64,000 bases of DNA from Octopus sinensis (GCF_006345805.1 NC_043020.1:7440001-7504000), one strand, 5' to 3'. Shown: positions 25,382-37,662, numbered from the stretch's first letter. Notes: generated by a model not told the origin, from the letters alone. Made by a program: numbers and translations.

Positions 25382-25488
25382 CGCTACAATTGTTTCGACC
25401 CATCTAGCGTTGATCCCTCACGGGTGGGGTGGGATACTTAACAGCTGGTTTAGAAGCATCCACTGATGTAGCTGTGTCTCTTCGTGTG
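25382..25488 (-). ncRNA. Degenerate hammerhead-like motif with extended stem II
   Basis: CAC-(AC)GAAGA-GAC...GUC-GAAAC-AAUU-GUA-GCG. The 5' core is mutated; the palindromic stem III is intact. Confidence 0.4.
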
Positions 25489-25784
25489 ATAGGTATAACT
25501 CGTTAAAATAACGACAGTTACGCCACGTGTATGTGTGTGTGTATGTGAAGTGAGGGTGCATGGCGTAGTGGTGAGGATATTATGCTCACGATCGTGAGAG
25601 AGTGGTTTCAATTCCTAGACCAAGTGGTGCGTTGTACTCTTGTGTAAAACACTTCGTCTCATCTGACTCTGCGATCATTTCGACACCTGACACGTGATAC
25701 ACGGTGCTTCTGTTCAGACAAAGTCGAGTTGATGAATACACCCCCCCACACACACATATATATATACACACACACACATATATA

Positions 25785-26242
25785 CTTGGTGAGGCAAAAG
25801 TCGCGCACCATAGGGATAATTTATTAAAACTATAACTACATATGAAACACACCATCGATTTTTGGAGCTGTTTGTAAGAGTTTCTAAAACAACCGTCTTT
25901 GGTGTTGGATCGGTTGCACTTTTTGGCCTGCCACATTGGGGTGGTAGTCAGCGACACTAACGGTTTCTTCAAAACGATTAATTAGGTGTCCAACAATTAA
26001 TTGACTTATCAAGTCAATGGTGTGTATTCTGTCTGTTGAATTCCTGTGCAACAAGTCTGCGAGGCGCACTTGTTTACCCATGCATGAACACTAAGGTAAC
26101 TCGTTCATCCTTCGTTTATTTTTCGCCCGTCTTGCTTCGCTAAAATTGTTTGTGCAAATAAGAAAATATCAGAACAAATTAAGACATTTAAAACATTATG
26201 AAATAATTAACTCTTAAAGTGCGCGACTTTTGCGTCACCCTG
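25785..26242 (-). mobile_element. Internally deleted Tc1/mariner element
   Basis: TIRs CTTGGTGAGGCAAAAGTCGCGCAC / GTGCGCGACTTTTGCGTCACCCTG with TA flanks. The interior encodes LINRFEETVSVAD, a transposase HTH-like motif. Confidence 0.75.
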
Positions 26243-26315
<73 letters not shown>

Positions 26316-26367
26316 AAAATGGTAAGACAACAAAAACAAACAAAAGAAAGAAAGAGACCTCATAGCA

Positions 26368-26497
26368 TACGAGGGGATGCAACTCTCGAATGCACTGAGG
26401 ATTAAAAAGTGCATTTGGGCACTAATTATGAAATCATATGATATGCAGCTGAATTCTGTTTTTAAAGGGCTCGCTTCGAGAGTTGCATTCCATCGTA
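26368..26497. mobile_element. Small TA-flanked MITE
   Basis: TACGAGGGGATGCAACTCTCGAA ... TTCGAGAGTTGCATTCCATCGTA. Confidence 0.55.
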
Positions 26498-26697
26498 TTC
26501 GGTACTATGTGTTTATTTATTTTGGTAGTTTTGACTTTAAGAGTCCCTCCTAGCGTGTGTCATTTATGTATAGTCATGCCCTCAATATAAATATATTTTA
26601 AGAGAAAACTTGGTGGATTTTTTTCCCTTATGAGGTTTTTCACGCTAACTACTTGATAAATCCTTATAAAGATTTTATCCTATTTTTAAATTGTACA

Positions 26698-26738
<41 letters not shown>

Positions 26739-26739
26739 A

Positions 26740-26935
26740 CAGTAAATCCAAAAAGAGAACAAACACAAAAAGAGAACAAGCACAAAAAAGCAACAACGCG
26801 AGGATGTGGTACATGTAATGTATTAGCAGACGCTCAGGAAAGGAATTATGGTTTAACGTTTCGAGCAGACGCTCTTCTTCGGAAACAGAGGAAAGTCCAA
26901 AAGAAGAGAAGACGGAGGAAGAAATATGTAACAAG
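26740..26935 (-). mobile_element. Penelope-like pLTR relic with hammerhead-like motif (26851-26886)
   Basis: GUUU-CCGAAGA-A-GAGC-gucu-GCUC-GAAA-CGUU-AAAC. Confidence 0.55.
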
Positions 26936-27436
26936 GATAAGCTTAAAGCTCCTTCTCGAGTCGTATACACTCATAAAGCCGGTTTCCCGGATTCTCTGGC
27001 CTGTATACTCTCCTCCTGGATTGGGGCGCCGGTCTGTCGCAGAGTTGCGCATTTTTGCCAGCTGAGTAGACTGCAGCAACTTGAAATGAAGTGTTTTGCT
27101 CAAGAACACGACACATCGCTCGGTCCAGGAATCGAAACCACAATGTTACGATCGCGAGTCCAACATTCTGATCACTAAGTCGCGTGTTTCTGTATGTATA
27201 TATATATTTATATATATGTATGTATATATAATATACGTATATATACGTATATATGTATATATATATATATAATATATATATATTATATATATATATAATA
27301 TACATATATATGTATATATATATATACATATATATGTATATATAATATACATATATATACATATATACATACCTATATATATACATACATATAATACATA
27401 CATATACATATATATATACATATATATATACATATA

Positions 27437-27502
<66 letters not shown>

Positions 27503-27898
27503 CATAAATATATATATATATATTTAGATATATAGATACATATATACATATATATATATATACATACATAAATATATGTAAATATATATATATATGTATG
27601 TATGTATATAATAAGCGTGTGTGTCGCTCGGCGGTAAGAAGCTTGCTTCCCAACTTAATGGATCGGGGTTCAGTCCCATTGCGTGGCACCTTAGGCAAGT
27701 GTCTCCTATAGTCTCAAGCTAACCAAAGCCTTGTGAGTGGATTTAGTTGACGGAAACTGCACGAAGCCCGTCATACATACAAGTATACGTACTTAACATA
27801 TATTTATGTATGTGTGTGTGTCCCACCACAGCTTGACATTCGGTGTTAGTTTGTTTACATCCGCAGTTCGGCTAAGAGAACGATGGTATAAGTACCAA

Positions 27899-28230
27899 GC
27901 GGTGAGCTGGCAGAGTCGTTAGCACGCCGAGCGAAATGCTTAGTGGCATTTCGTCTGCCTCTACGTTCTGAGTTCAAATTCCGCCGAGGTCGACTTTGCC
28001 TTTGATCCTTTCGGTGTCGATTAAATAAGTACCAGTTACTCACTGGGGTCGATATCTACGTTCTGAGTTCAAATTCCACCGAGGTCGACTTTGCCTTTCA
28101 TCCTTTCGGGGTCGATTAAATAAATACCAGTTACGCATTGGGGTCGATATAATCGACGACTTAATCCGTTTGTCTGTCCCTGTTTGTCCTCTCTGTGTTT
28201 AGCCCCTTGTGGGTAGTAAAGAAATAGGTA
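27899..28230 (+). mobile_element. SINE family B with an internal ~95-bp duplication
   Basis: CTACGTTCTGAGTTCAAATTCC...CTGGGGTCGATAT occurs twice in tandem. Confidence 0.8.
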
Positions 28231-29069
28231 TTAGTACCAAGCTGAAAAACATATATATATACTGGGGTGGATTCGTTCAAGTAAACATTCTTCATAGCGG
28301 TGCTCCGGCATGGCCGCAGTCTAACGCCCGAGTAAAGGACACGCATTGAAACAGAACGCAAGCAGCCGGTCCAGACATCACAGGAAGTTTACGCCGACAG
28401 ACAGACTGACAGCTGGACAGTCAGTCAAACAGACAGACAGTCAATGAGATCGTATCGAGCGGTTGAGGAGGATTCATGCGTTCAGTTAAGAGACAGCCAG
28501 CCGAGCTGTCGAGATGATGGATACCTGTACCGGAGCCACGACGACCAACAGCATCACCACCACCACATCAACAAGTGCCACAACAACAACAACGATATTG
28601 CCCTGCTATACGAAGCTATATACCAGTATACCTGCTGGCTCCACCTCCTAGAAATAGCAGCCAAAATATCCCCTCCACCCGAATCAAGCATCTTTTCACT
28701 TAAAGGAAGGACACATATCAGATATATTATTACTGCTGCTAGTAAAACTTTAAATACGAGTCTCTCGGTGGCCGCTTGACTTCCTGGAAATAGCAACCAA
28801 AATATCCCGGGACACATTAGAGAATGTAGTTCAAGATAGACTATGCCTAAAAACAGGAATTAAAGCATAGTTACCCTTTACGTTTTTGATCATAAGCTTT
28901 GTCTGTTTGCTCGGTTAGGGAGCTGGCCTGGGGCTAAAAACTAAATCGGCAGCTACTACTACTACTACTATTACTACTACTGATGCTGTAATTACATTTT
29001 TGGGAACTCGAATTCGGGAAATGAAATCCGAAAACTGCAAAGGCCGAGGAAACGGTTTCGAGTTACCGT

Positions 29070-30395
29070 AACAACAACAACAACAACAACAACAACTACT
29101 ACTACTACTGTTGAAAATAAGACGGAAAGAGAGTGGATTTAATACCAATTAAGGAGGATAACATCGACCGACAAACTGTTTATATCCATCACAACAACAA
29201 CAACAACAGCGACAACAATAACCATAACAACCACTTGTACCGCATCGTAAACAACAACAATTGTAACCACAGAACTGCACCGTTATTGTCAAACAACAAC
29301 ACAACAACAGTAACACTAGTAGTAGTAGTAGTAGCAGTAATAATAATAATAATATAATAATAATAATAATAATAACAGCATTCGATGCAATCGCAACAAC
29401 AACGATAGCCATAACAACCATCTGCACAGCATCGTAAACAACAACAACAACAGTAATAATAAAAATAATAATAATAAGAACAACAACAACGGTGTTCGAT
29501 GTAATCACAGCAACAACAACAACAACAATAATCTCCATGGCATGAATAACAATAAGAGTAAATAACAACAACAACAACCGCAGTAGCAAGTGGCAAGTGC
29601 AGCCGACATCACCATCACAACAGATGGATGTATCGACAACAGTGTAAACAATAACAAACACGAATCGTCGTCAGCTTCATCACTATCGCCATCGCCATCA
29701 TCATCATCATCATCATCATCACCAACATAATAGCAACGACTGTACCACCACCACCACCGTCACTACCGACATCGCCACCCTCATCACCAACACAACCGTT
29801 AACACCACCAACAACCATCATCGTCAACAAAGACGGCAAACAGTTATCAGCATCGCCATCACTACTATCACCAATCACCACCACCGACATCGCCACCCTC
29901 ATCACCAACAACAACCATCATCGTCAACAAAAACGGCAAACAGTTATCAGCATCGCCATCACTACCATCACCACCACCACCACCACCACCGCCACCACCA
30001 TAATAACAATGGCTATGTTATTACCGTTGACACCATCGCCAACATAACAAGTAGACCACTGCTACCGCCGTCGCCGATACTGTCGCCAGCTCTACCACCC
30101 TCACCATCATCGTCATAGCCATCGACAAAAACAACAGCAACAACCATCACCACGACCATCGCCATCAGCAGCTTCATCACCACTAACACCATTAACCACT
30201 ACATTATCAGCGACATTACCTCTGTCATTAACATCATCATCATCAACAAAAACATAACCACCACACCCTCACTACCACCACCATCATTAATAACAACAAA
30301 CACGACATCATAGAACACGCCAGCACCGCTGCACAACTACCCAAACCTTATTACTAACAACAACAACCACTACTACTACTACTACTACTACTTAT
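29070..30395. repeat. Low-complexity (AAC/ACC/CAT)n tract with a ~118-bp internal duplication (29765-29975)
   Basis: Directly visible. Confidence 0.85.
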
Positions 30396-30588
30396 CGATT
30401 ATATATAAAAAAAAAATTTTTTTAATACATCTTCCATACCTCATAAACACACACACACACAGGTGTGAAATACACATTACTATTATATAGCTTTTACATA
30501 CCCGCAGATATTATATAGCCACTACACTAGAATGTAGATTATATACTGACTGAGTGCTTCCACGCAAAGACCTTAAACATCAATATAT

Positions 30589-30636
<48 letters not shown>

Positions 30637-30724
30637 AACACACATCGACCCGTCTATAGACTTCACATATATACACACTCACTATAACAGAAGAAAACGC
30701 ACTTGGTTTTTACACACAAATACC

Positions 30725-30804
<80 letters not shown>

Positions 30805-31408
30805 TAGTGCTGGTAGTACATAAATTGATTTTTATACAGGTCATTTTATATATATATACCTTGATTTTTAGCACACGGACGCAATATTTTCACACACATA
30901 CAAAATAAATGATTTAACGTGTATATATTGTATATACCTACAGATTACATTACTTTAACATATACACTAAACACACGTATATTCACATTAACACAATACT
31001 TAAATTTACACATCAATAATATACATACGCAACAATTTAGTACATTCATACATACGCAAAACTTTAAAACATATATATATATATATACTCGCAAAAACTC
31101 AATGCTTATCACCAAATTTTTCTCCTGTCATTTAATTTTGATTTCGTTTCCTAATTTATAAAGTTAATTAAATTTCTAAAAAGAAAATTAGGATAATTTT
31201 ACGAGTGACTCTCGTAGTCGTGGTAGTAGTAGCAGAGGTGGCCCGGCAGCTGTAGAGGTAATAGAAGTGGTTGTAATTGGTTTTAGTAGCACCTGTGATT
31301 GGAAAGTACCTGTGATAGTAAGACACCTGTAGTTGTGGTACCTTCGTTGGCAAGGTACCTGTGATAGGAAGGTGGTGGTGGTCTTGGCGGTTGTTTGTTG
31401 CAAGGCCG

Positions 31409-31698
31409 ATGGCGAAAGCGGCCAATGCCCAGGAGTCCGAAACGACTGAAGTGAAAAATGTCCAAATATTCTGTAACGGTAACAAGTTCGCCCCTCCCAG
31501 ACACGTGGTCGTCAATACGAGGCATATTCGTAATTTCGACAACTTCCTCGATGAACTCACTAGGATTTTAAACCCTTTACAAGGGGCCATTCGGCGCCTG
31601 TACACGCCGGTGAGTGGCAACTCCGTCGAAGATACGAGAGAGCTACAAGAAGGTGGAGGTTACGTGGCGGCCGGCAAAGAAAGATTCAAAAAACTCAA
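31409..31698 (+). CDS. DCDC2: Doublecortin domain-containing protein 2-like, first coding exon (one complete DCX domain)
   Basis: MAKAANAQESETTEVKNVQIFCNGNKFAPPRHVVVNTRHIRNFDNFLDELTRILNPLQGAIRRLYTPVSGNSVEDTRELQEGGGYVAAGKERFKKL carries the DCX hallmarks NG, F..FL.E.T, GAVR.IYT..G and YVA.G.E.FKKL. Ends at a consensus GTAAGT donor (31699), phase 2. The paralog (DCDC2/2B/2C versus RP1-like) cannot be resolved from one exon. Confidence 0.9.
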
Positions 31699-31767
31699 GT
31701 AAGTAGTTATTTAAGGCAATGTTTCGCCCTTCAGGAATGTTCAAACATGATATACCCTGTATAAAAA

Positions 31768-31998
31768 GGCGGCGAGCTGGCAGAAACGTTAGCGCGCCGG
31801 GCGAAATGCTTAGCGGTATTTCGTCTGTCGTTACGTTGTGAGTTCAAATTCCGCCGAGGTCGACTTTGCCTTTCATCCTTTCGGGGTCGATAAATTAAGT
31901 ACCAGTTACACACTGGGGTCGATGTAATCGACTTAATCCCTTTGTCTGTCCTTGTTTGACCCCTCTGTGTTTAGCCCCTTGTGGGTAGTAAAGAAATA
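31768..31998 (+). mobile_element. tRNA-headed SINE family B, full length
   Basis: GGCGGCGAGCTGGCAGAAACGTTAGC ... GAGTTCAAATTCC (B box) ... GCCTTTCATCCTTTCGGGGTCGATAAATTAAGTACCAG ... GGGTAGTAAAGAAATA. Further copies at 24014, 27899, 37226, 39990, 43666, 57010 and 62311 onward. Confidence 0.92.
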
Positions 31999-32732
31999 CA
32001 TATATACCCTTGTATACATATATATAATATATACGACCCTGTGTAAATATATACATGCGCATAAACACAAACACACATCGTACACCCTACACATATACAG
32101 AGACATAGACTCCTTCATACAGAGGCAGATAATATATAATAAAATAGAATAAGGCAACACAGGGGAAAATATAACAAATGACAGTTGTTACTTTGATTCT
32201 TTTCAAGGTTTATAAATTTGTAGCATATAAGTATTCCTGCAAGAAAAACCACTCCGAATCTCCTTAAATCTTGCCCTATCCCATCTTTGAAAAAGAAAGG
32301 CAAAAGGTAAACGAAAGCCAAGTTCCATATTTATCGTCTGAAAAAAATAAATACTGGTTGTTAAAGCTGGAGCACTTTTAGACATAACTACAATCTATAT
32401 GAGATTTATAAAGTCGAGAAGTGGGGCGCTAAACTGTAGTTATACGCTCATTTGGTTATCGTTCAATCTACTGGATCGGTACTGGCCGCGGGTTATATGA
32501 GGTTGTTATTTATAACTTTCTTAAAAATACATATTTGTTAATGAAATTTTCCAGAGTTACATATTAGATGGTGTAGGTTACGATTATTTTGATAAAATTA
32601 AAAAACAACTAATTTTTAATCGAAAAATTCATCCCAAGGACATTTGGTATACCTGCACAAGTGTGCCCCTCTTCCCGATATTGTTTCCTCATAACTTTCA
32701 GAAAAACGGATATTTTTGAATGAAATTTTCTA

Positions 32733-33130
32733 CAGGAGTGGCTGTGTGGTAAGTAGCCTGCTAACCAACCACATGGTTCCGGGTTCAGTCCCACTGCGTG
32801 GCATCTTGGGCAAGTGTCTTTGCTATAGCCCGGGCCCACCATTGCCTTGTGAGTGGATTTGGTAGACGGAAACTGAAAGAAGCTGTCGTCGTATATGTAT
32901 ATATGTTATATATGTTGTGTGTGTGTGCGTTTGTGTTTGTCTACCTAGCATTGCTTGACAAACGATGTTGGTGGTGTGTTAGGTCCCCGTCACTTAGCGG
33001 TTCGGCAAAAGATCCCGATAGAATAAGTACTGGGCTTACAAAGAATAAGTCCCTGGGGGGTCGATTTGCTTGACTAAAGGCGGTGCTCCAGCATGGCCGC
33101 AGTCAAATGACTGAAACAAGTTAAAGAGAA
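32733..33130 (+). mobile_element. SINE family A
   Basis: Full-length copy. Confidence 0.9.
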
Positions 33131-33584
33131 ATACTTTTCAGATGGTGAAGATGACATTGCATCAGAATTGAAATGCTAAAAATAAAATTGTTCAGCGTGT
33201 ACATACATACATACATACTGACATACATCACATAATTTTTTTCAAGAGTTTTATTTTGTAGATATAATTATACTGATGCGTGTCCAATAATTCTTTTTCA
33301 CATTTAAACCCGACATAATCGTTGTCTACATCAGCTGAAAGGTATTTGTAGAAAATTTAATCGAAAAATATCTATTTTTCTGAAAGTTATAAGGGAAACA
33401 TCAATAGGGGAGCACAGCTGTGCTGATTGATAAGCAGGACATTTCATTAAAAATATGCATTTGTCAAAGTCCAGTTGAATGAATTGTAACATTTTTTTCT
33501 CCGTTTTTTACCCTCCCCATTTAATCGTAATTTATATAACGTAAAATGTATCTTTGGAAATTTTCATTAAAATATATACATCCA

Positions 33585-33746
33585 GCAGGAGTGGCTGTGT
33601 GGTAAGTAGCTTGCTAACCAACCACATGGTTCCGGGTTCAGTCCCACTGCGCGGCATCTTGGGCAAGTGTCTTCTGCTATAGCCCCGGGCCGACCAATGC
33701 CTTGTGAGTGGATTTGGTAGACGGAAACTGAAAGAAGCCTGTCGTA

Positions 33747-33793
<47 letters not shown>

Positions 33794-33997
33794 TTGTCCC
33801 CCTAGCATTGCTTGACAACCGATGCTGGTTTGTTTACGTCCCCGTCACTTAGCGGTTCGGCAAAAGAGACCGATAGAATAAGTACTGGGCTTACAAAGAA
33901 TAAGTCCCGGGGTCGATTTGCTCGACTAAGAAAAAGGCGGTGCTCCAGCATGGCCGCAGTCAAATGACTGAAACAAGTAAAAGAGAAAGAGAGAGAG
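33585..33997 (+). mobile_element. SINE family A
   Basis: Full-length, young-looking copy with CpGs retained. Confidence 0.92.
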
Positions 33998-34195
33998 AAT
34001 CTTCAAGAAACTTGTGAGGAAACAAAGACTGTAGAGCCAGAGAGACAGTCCTAAGTATGGAAACGGAATTTGCTTTGGGGATGCAAAACCCAGGCCCCAT
34101 TTTTTTAATTTTTACTAACAGGGTCGATTTTTTTTTTCAGTCTTATATCGAAACAAACACCAGTATAATAACAACAATAATAATAATAATAATAA

Positions 34196-34486
34196 GGTCC
34201 ACAGCTCTTCAATATCCTCCCGAAGGACCTGAGAGACGACCTGCATGGGTTAGATGCAGATGTCTTTTAAATAAAACTGGATCTCTTTCTGTCAGGTGTC
34301 CCAGATGAACCAACTTCACGGCAGCAGGTGCAGATGAGGGCAGCTGCATCGAACTCTCTCATGCACCAAATGGCAATTTGCTAAAAGGCATTCGTGAAGT
34401 AAAATCATGTAGCAACACCGAATGGCGGTGCCCCAGCATGGCCACAGCTCGTGAGCTGAAACTAGATAAAATATATAAAATAAAAA
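34196..34486 (+). mobile_element. 5'-truncated CR1-group LINE 3' end whose tail matches SINE family A
   Basis: GPQLFNILPKDLRD...F*IKLDLFLSGVPDEPT...AAASNSLMHQ (frameshifted), then GGCGGTGCCCCAGCATGGCCACAGCTCGTGAGCTGAAAC and an A-rich tail. Confidence 0.75.
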
Positions 34487-34493
34487 TTATATA

Positions 34494-34917
34494 GGCAATC
34501 TTTCGTCTCTAGTAGACCTTTCCGTCGATTTTCGTAACAATTTTTTTTTTTACATATGGGCTTGCGGGAACTTTTGAAGTAATGAGAGCGAAAGAGATTA
34601 AGAGAAACCGATTGTATGACGAGGGAAGTTCTTTTGAAGTTACCGTCCAGGGGAAGCATTGATGTACATGTGTGTGTGTGTGTGTTTGATGGGGTGTGGG
34701 AGACAGACAGTATGTTGTGTAAGTGAAGTGCTTTTGTTAGTGTGTGTGAAGAGACAGAGAGAGTAATGTGTGAAAGAGAGAGATAACTGAACTTTTTTAC
34801 TCGGTGTATGTGTATATGTATGTATATTACTTCAAAAGTTCCCGCAAGCCCATATATAAAAAAAAAAAATTTTTTACGGAAATCGACGGAAAGGTCTACT
34901 AGAGACGAAAGGTCGCC
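34494..34917. mobile_element. MITE with ~90-bp TIRs and GG termini (copy 1)
   Basis: GGCAATCTTTCGTCTCTAGTAGACCTTTCCGTCGA ... TCGACGGAAAGGTCTACTAGAGACGAAAGGTCGCC. Confidence 0.85.
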
Positions 34918-35450
34918 CGTTTTGGTAATGAAGTTCTTCAGGGGTATTTTCAAAGCGATTTCATCGCTCCACAAAAATTTTAGTGGGTTTTCTTGCACTC
35001 CCTGTTTCTAGGAGTATGGGCACAGTTCTGTAATTATACCTGATCGATTCTAACGCTTGACTGGCACTTTTCTTTTGTAGAGTTTTGGAATTGGTGGTCC
35101 CCTGAATGTCCCTCGTGAGAAAGGAAGAAAATAGTTTGTTTTATTTCATTCAATTTTTAGTATTTTTGTTTTGTACAACGGAAATTAAGTTTCTGAATAA
35201 TGTTTTTCCCCCCAAAATATTTTTGCGCTCAACTCTCGTACTCTTTTCGTTCTCCATGAGGCAGGGACGACTACCCACTAAAGATAGCCCTTTATTTTAC
35301 CGATACTGGAAGAATGAAAGACAGAAATCGATCTCTACAGGATTTGAACTCTAAGGAAAGGCCCAGCCTCAGACAAAATGCTTTGTGATATTTGTTCTAG
35401 ATTTTTTTCGTTCTGAGTTCAATTCTTACAGAGGCTGACATTGCCTGCCT

Positions 35451-35868
35451 GGCGATCTTTCGTCTCTAGTAGACCTTTCCGTCGATTTCCGTAAATTTTT
35501 TTTTTTTTTTACATATGGGCTTGCGGGAACTTTTGAAGTAATATACATACATATACACATACACCGAGTAAAAAATTTCAGTTATCTCTCTCTTTCACAC
35601 ATTACTCTGTCTCTTCACACACACTAACAGAAGCACTTCACTTACACAACATACTGTCTGTCTCCCACACCCCATCAAACACACACACATGTACATCAAC
35701 GCTTCACATGCACGGTAACTTCAAAAGAACTTCCCTCCTCATACAATCGCTTTCTCTTAGTCTCTTTCGCTCTCATTACTTCAAAAGTTCCCGCAAGCCC
35801 ATATGTAAAAAAAAAATTTTTTTTTTACGGAAATCGACGGAAAGGTCTACTAGAGACGAAAGATTGCC
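35451..35868. mobile_element. Same MITE, opposite orientation (copy 2), inserted in a family-B SINE with CATTGCCT duplication
   Basis: Same TIRs. CATTGCCT occurs at 35439-35446 and 35869-35876, with 4 extra nt on the left side. Confidence 0.85.
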
Positions 35869-35935
35869 CATTGCCTTTCATCCTATAAGGTCGATAAAAT
35901 AAAGTATTAGCCCGTTGTATCGACTAATATTCTTT

Positions 35936-36071
35936 CAAGGCCGGCTCAAGGTACCGGCAACTCGGTCAATCGCCCGAGGCGCCATGTACGCATGACGAAG
36001 ACAAGGAAGGCAGCTTGTACACGCCAAAGTTCAGCTTGCCCGAGGCGCCGGCAACCCTAGGGCCGGCCCTG
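35936..36071. mobile_element. hAT-like MITE
   Basis: CAAGGCCGGCTCAAG ... CTAGGGCCGGCCCTG, an internal duplicated GCCCGAGGCGCC, and a degenerate 8-bp TSD (TATTCTTT/CACTCTTC). Confidence 0.6.
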
Positions 36072-36239
36072 CACTCTTCTCATAAACTTCTGACCTTATG
36101 CTTGTTTTATAAACAAGTACAATGTACTTAAAATGTAAGTACGTGGACATTTCTCGTTTATTAGCGTTCACTTCTCAGATATTAAAAGTTACGAGATGGC
36201 GGAATCATTAGAGCAACATCAAAAAATATCGCACGTTTT

Positions 36240-36652
36240 GGATCTTTTCGGTTCGAACGGCAGTTTTTTCTAGCAGTGTCATATGAAATTGTCACCCATA
36301 ATTATGACCCTAGTATCGATCTATTGCATTTCAATCTGTTTTAGGGTTAGGGGTGGGGGGAAGGGTATCTTTTTTTCTTCACAAATGTAAATAAACTCAA
36401 TCTGTTTCTTAAACGAGGGACATATTCATACGGCACAGAATGTTTTTTTTTTACCTCAATAGACGTCAGTGATTGGTTGAAATTGCAGAAATTGAAGAAA
36501 AAACAACAAATATCTTACAAACTTTAGAATTTTCTCAATAAAGCCAAGAGAAAAAGATGTTTTATAAACACATTCTACCAGTATACGAAGTTTAAAATTC
36601 TTTAGTTACCTAGAAATTATGTTAAAAACTGCCGTTCAAACTGAAAAGATCC
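36240..36652. mobile_element. MITE with ~29-bp TIRs and a perfect 8-bp TSD CACGTTTT
   Basis: GGATCTTTTCGGTTCGAACGGCAGTTTT ... AAAACTGCCGTTCAAACTGAAAAGATCC. TSD at 36232-36239 and 36653-36660. Confidence 0.88.
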
Positions 36653-37225
36653 CACGTTTTTTTTATGCCGGCTCTTTGTTTCTGTGTTCAAATCCAGCCA
36701 AGGTCAGCTTTGCTTTTCATCCTCCGAGATTGATAAAATAAAGTACCAGTCAAGTACTGGGGTCGATGGCATTGTCCTGTGCTCGCCAAATCAGAATCCA
36801 TCTTTGGCATATTTGGTGTTGTTTGGTCACAAGTCAACTCTGCTCTAGTGGGTAGCCTATGATCAAAGACACCCCAACTATGACCTTCCTGTTTTTTTTT
36901 TCTGTTGGGTGGAGGTCTCTACTATTAAATTAGCAAACGTGATCTTTTATTTATTATTTTAATTGTGTGATTTGAGTGATATTTGTTGGTTGTTATTTCT
37001 AGCAGGTCAGCACCCCCCCCCCAAACTTTTTCACCATCGTAAATCGTTTTGGTCAGTCAATCATTTTGCATCAACTTCAATTTCATCATCATCATCATCA
37101 TCATCGTTTAACGTCCGTTCTCCATGCTAGCATGGGTTGGACGGTTTGACTGGGGATCTGGGAAGGATGAAAGGCAGTCGAGCTCAGCAGAATTTGAACT
37201 CAGAACGTAACGGCAGACGAAATAC

Positions 37226-37455
37226 CTATTTCTTTACTACCCACAAGGGGCTAAACACAGAGGGGACAAACAAGGACAGACATAGGTATTAAGTCGATTA
37301 CATCGACCCCAGTGCGTAACTGGTACTTAATTTATCGACCCCGAAAGGATGAAAGGCAAAGTCGACCTCGGCGGAATTTGATCTCGCAACGTTGCGCCAG
37401 ACGAAATACCGCTAAGCATTTCGCCCGGCGTGCTAACGATTCTGCCAACTCACCA
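37226..37455 (-). mobile_element. SINE family B
   Basis: Reverse-complement copy. Confidence 0.88.
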
Positions 37456-37459
37456 ATGT

Positions 37460-37662
37460 AGAAGGATCTTGTACATGGTGCACTTAAGTTTGTAGGCCTG
37501 ATTGCACCGTTCTTCACACAGGGCTGTAAACTTGATCGTGATTATTTTCTTTGCCTTTTCGGACCATAGAACGACATCTGGCCATTGGTCAAGCTGGGGG
37601 GGAAACTTCAGTCTTTCCCCCTCGGGTCCACTTCTTACACAAACTTGATTGTTGCTCTTGCT
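37460..37662 (-). mobile_element. Restriction-like endonuclease fragment of a HERO/NeSL-type non-LTR retrotransposon
   Basis: Minus reading RLKFPPQLDQWPDVVLWSEKAKKIITIKFTALCEERCNQAYKLKCTMYKIL resembles L.FP....RPD.VLWS...K.I.IELTVPWEE....A...K...Y. Confidence 0.65.
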
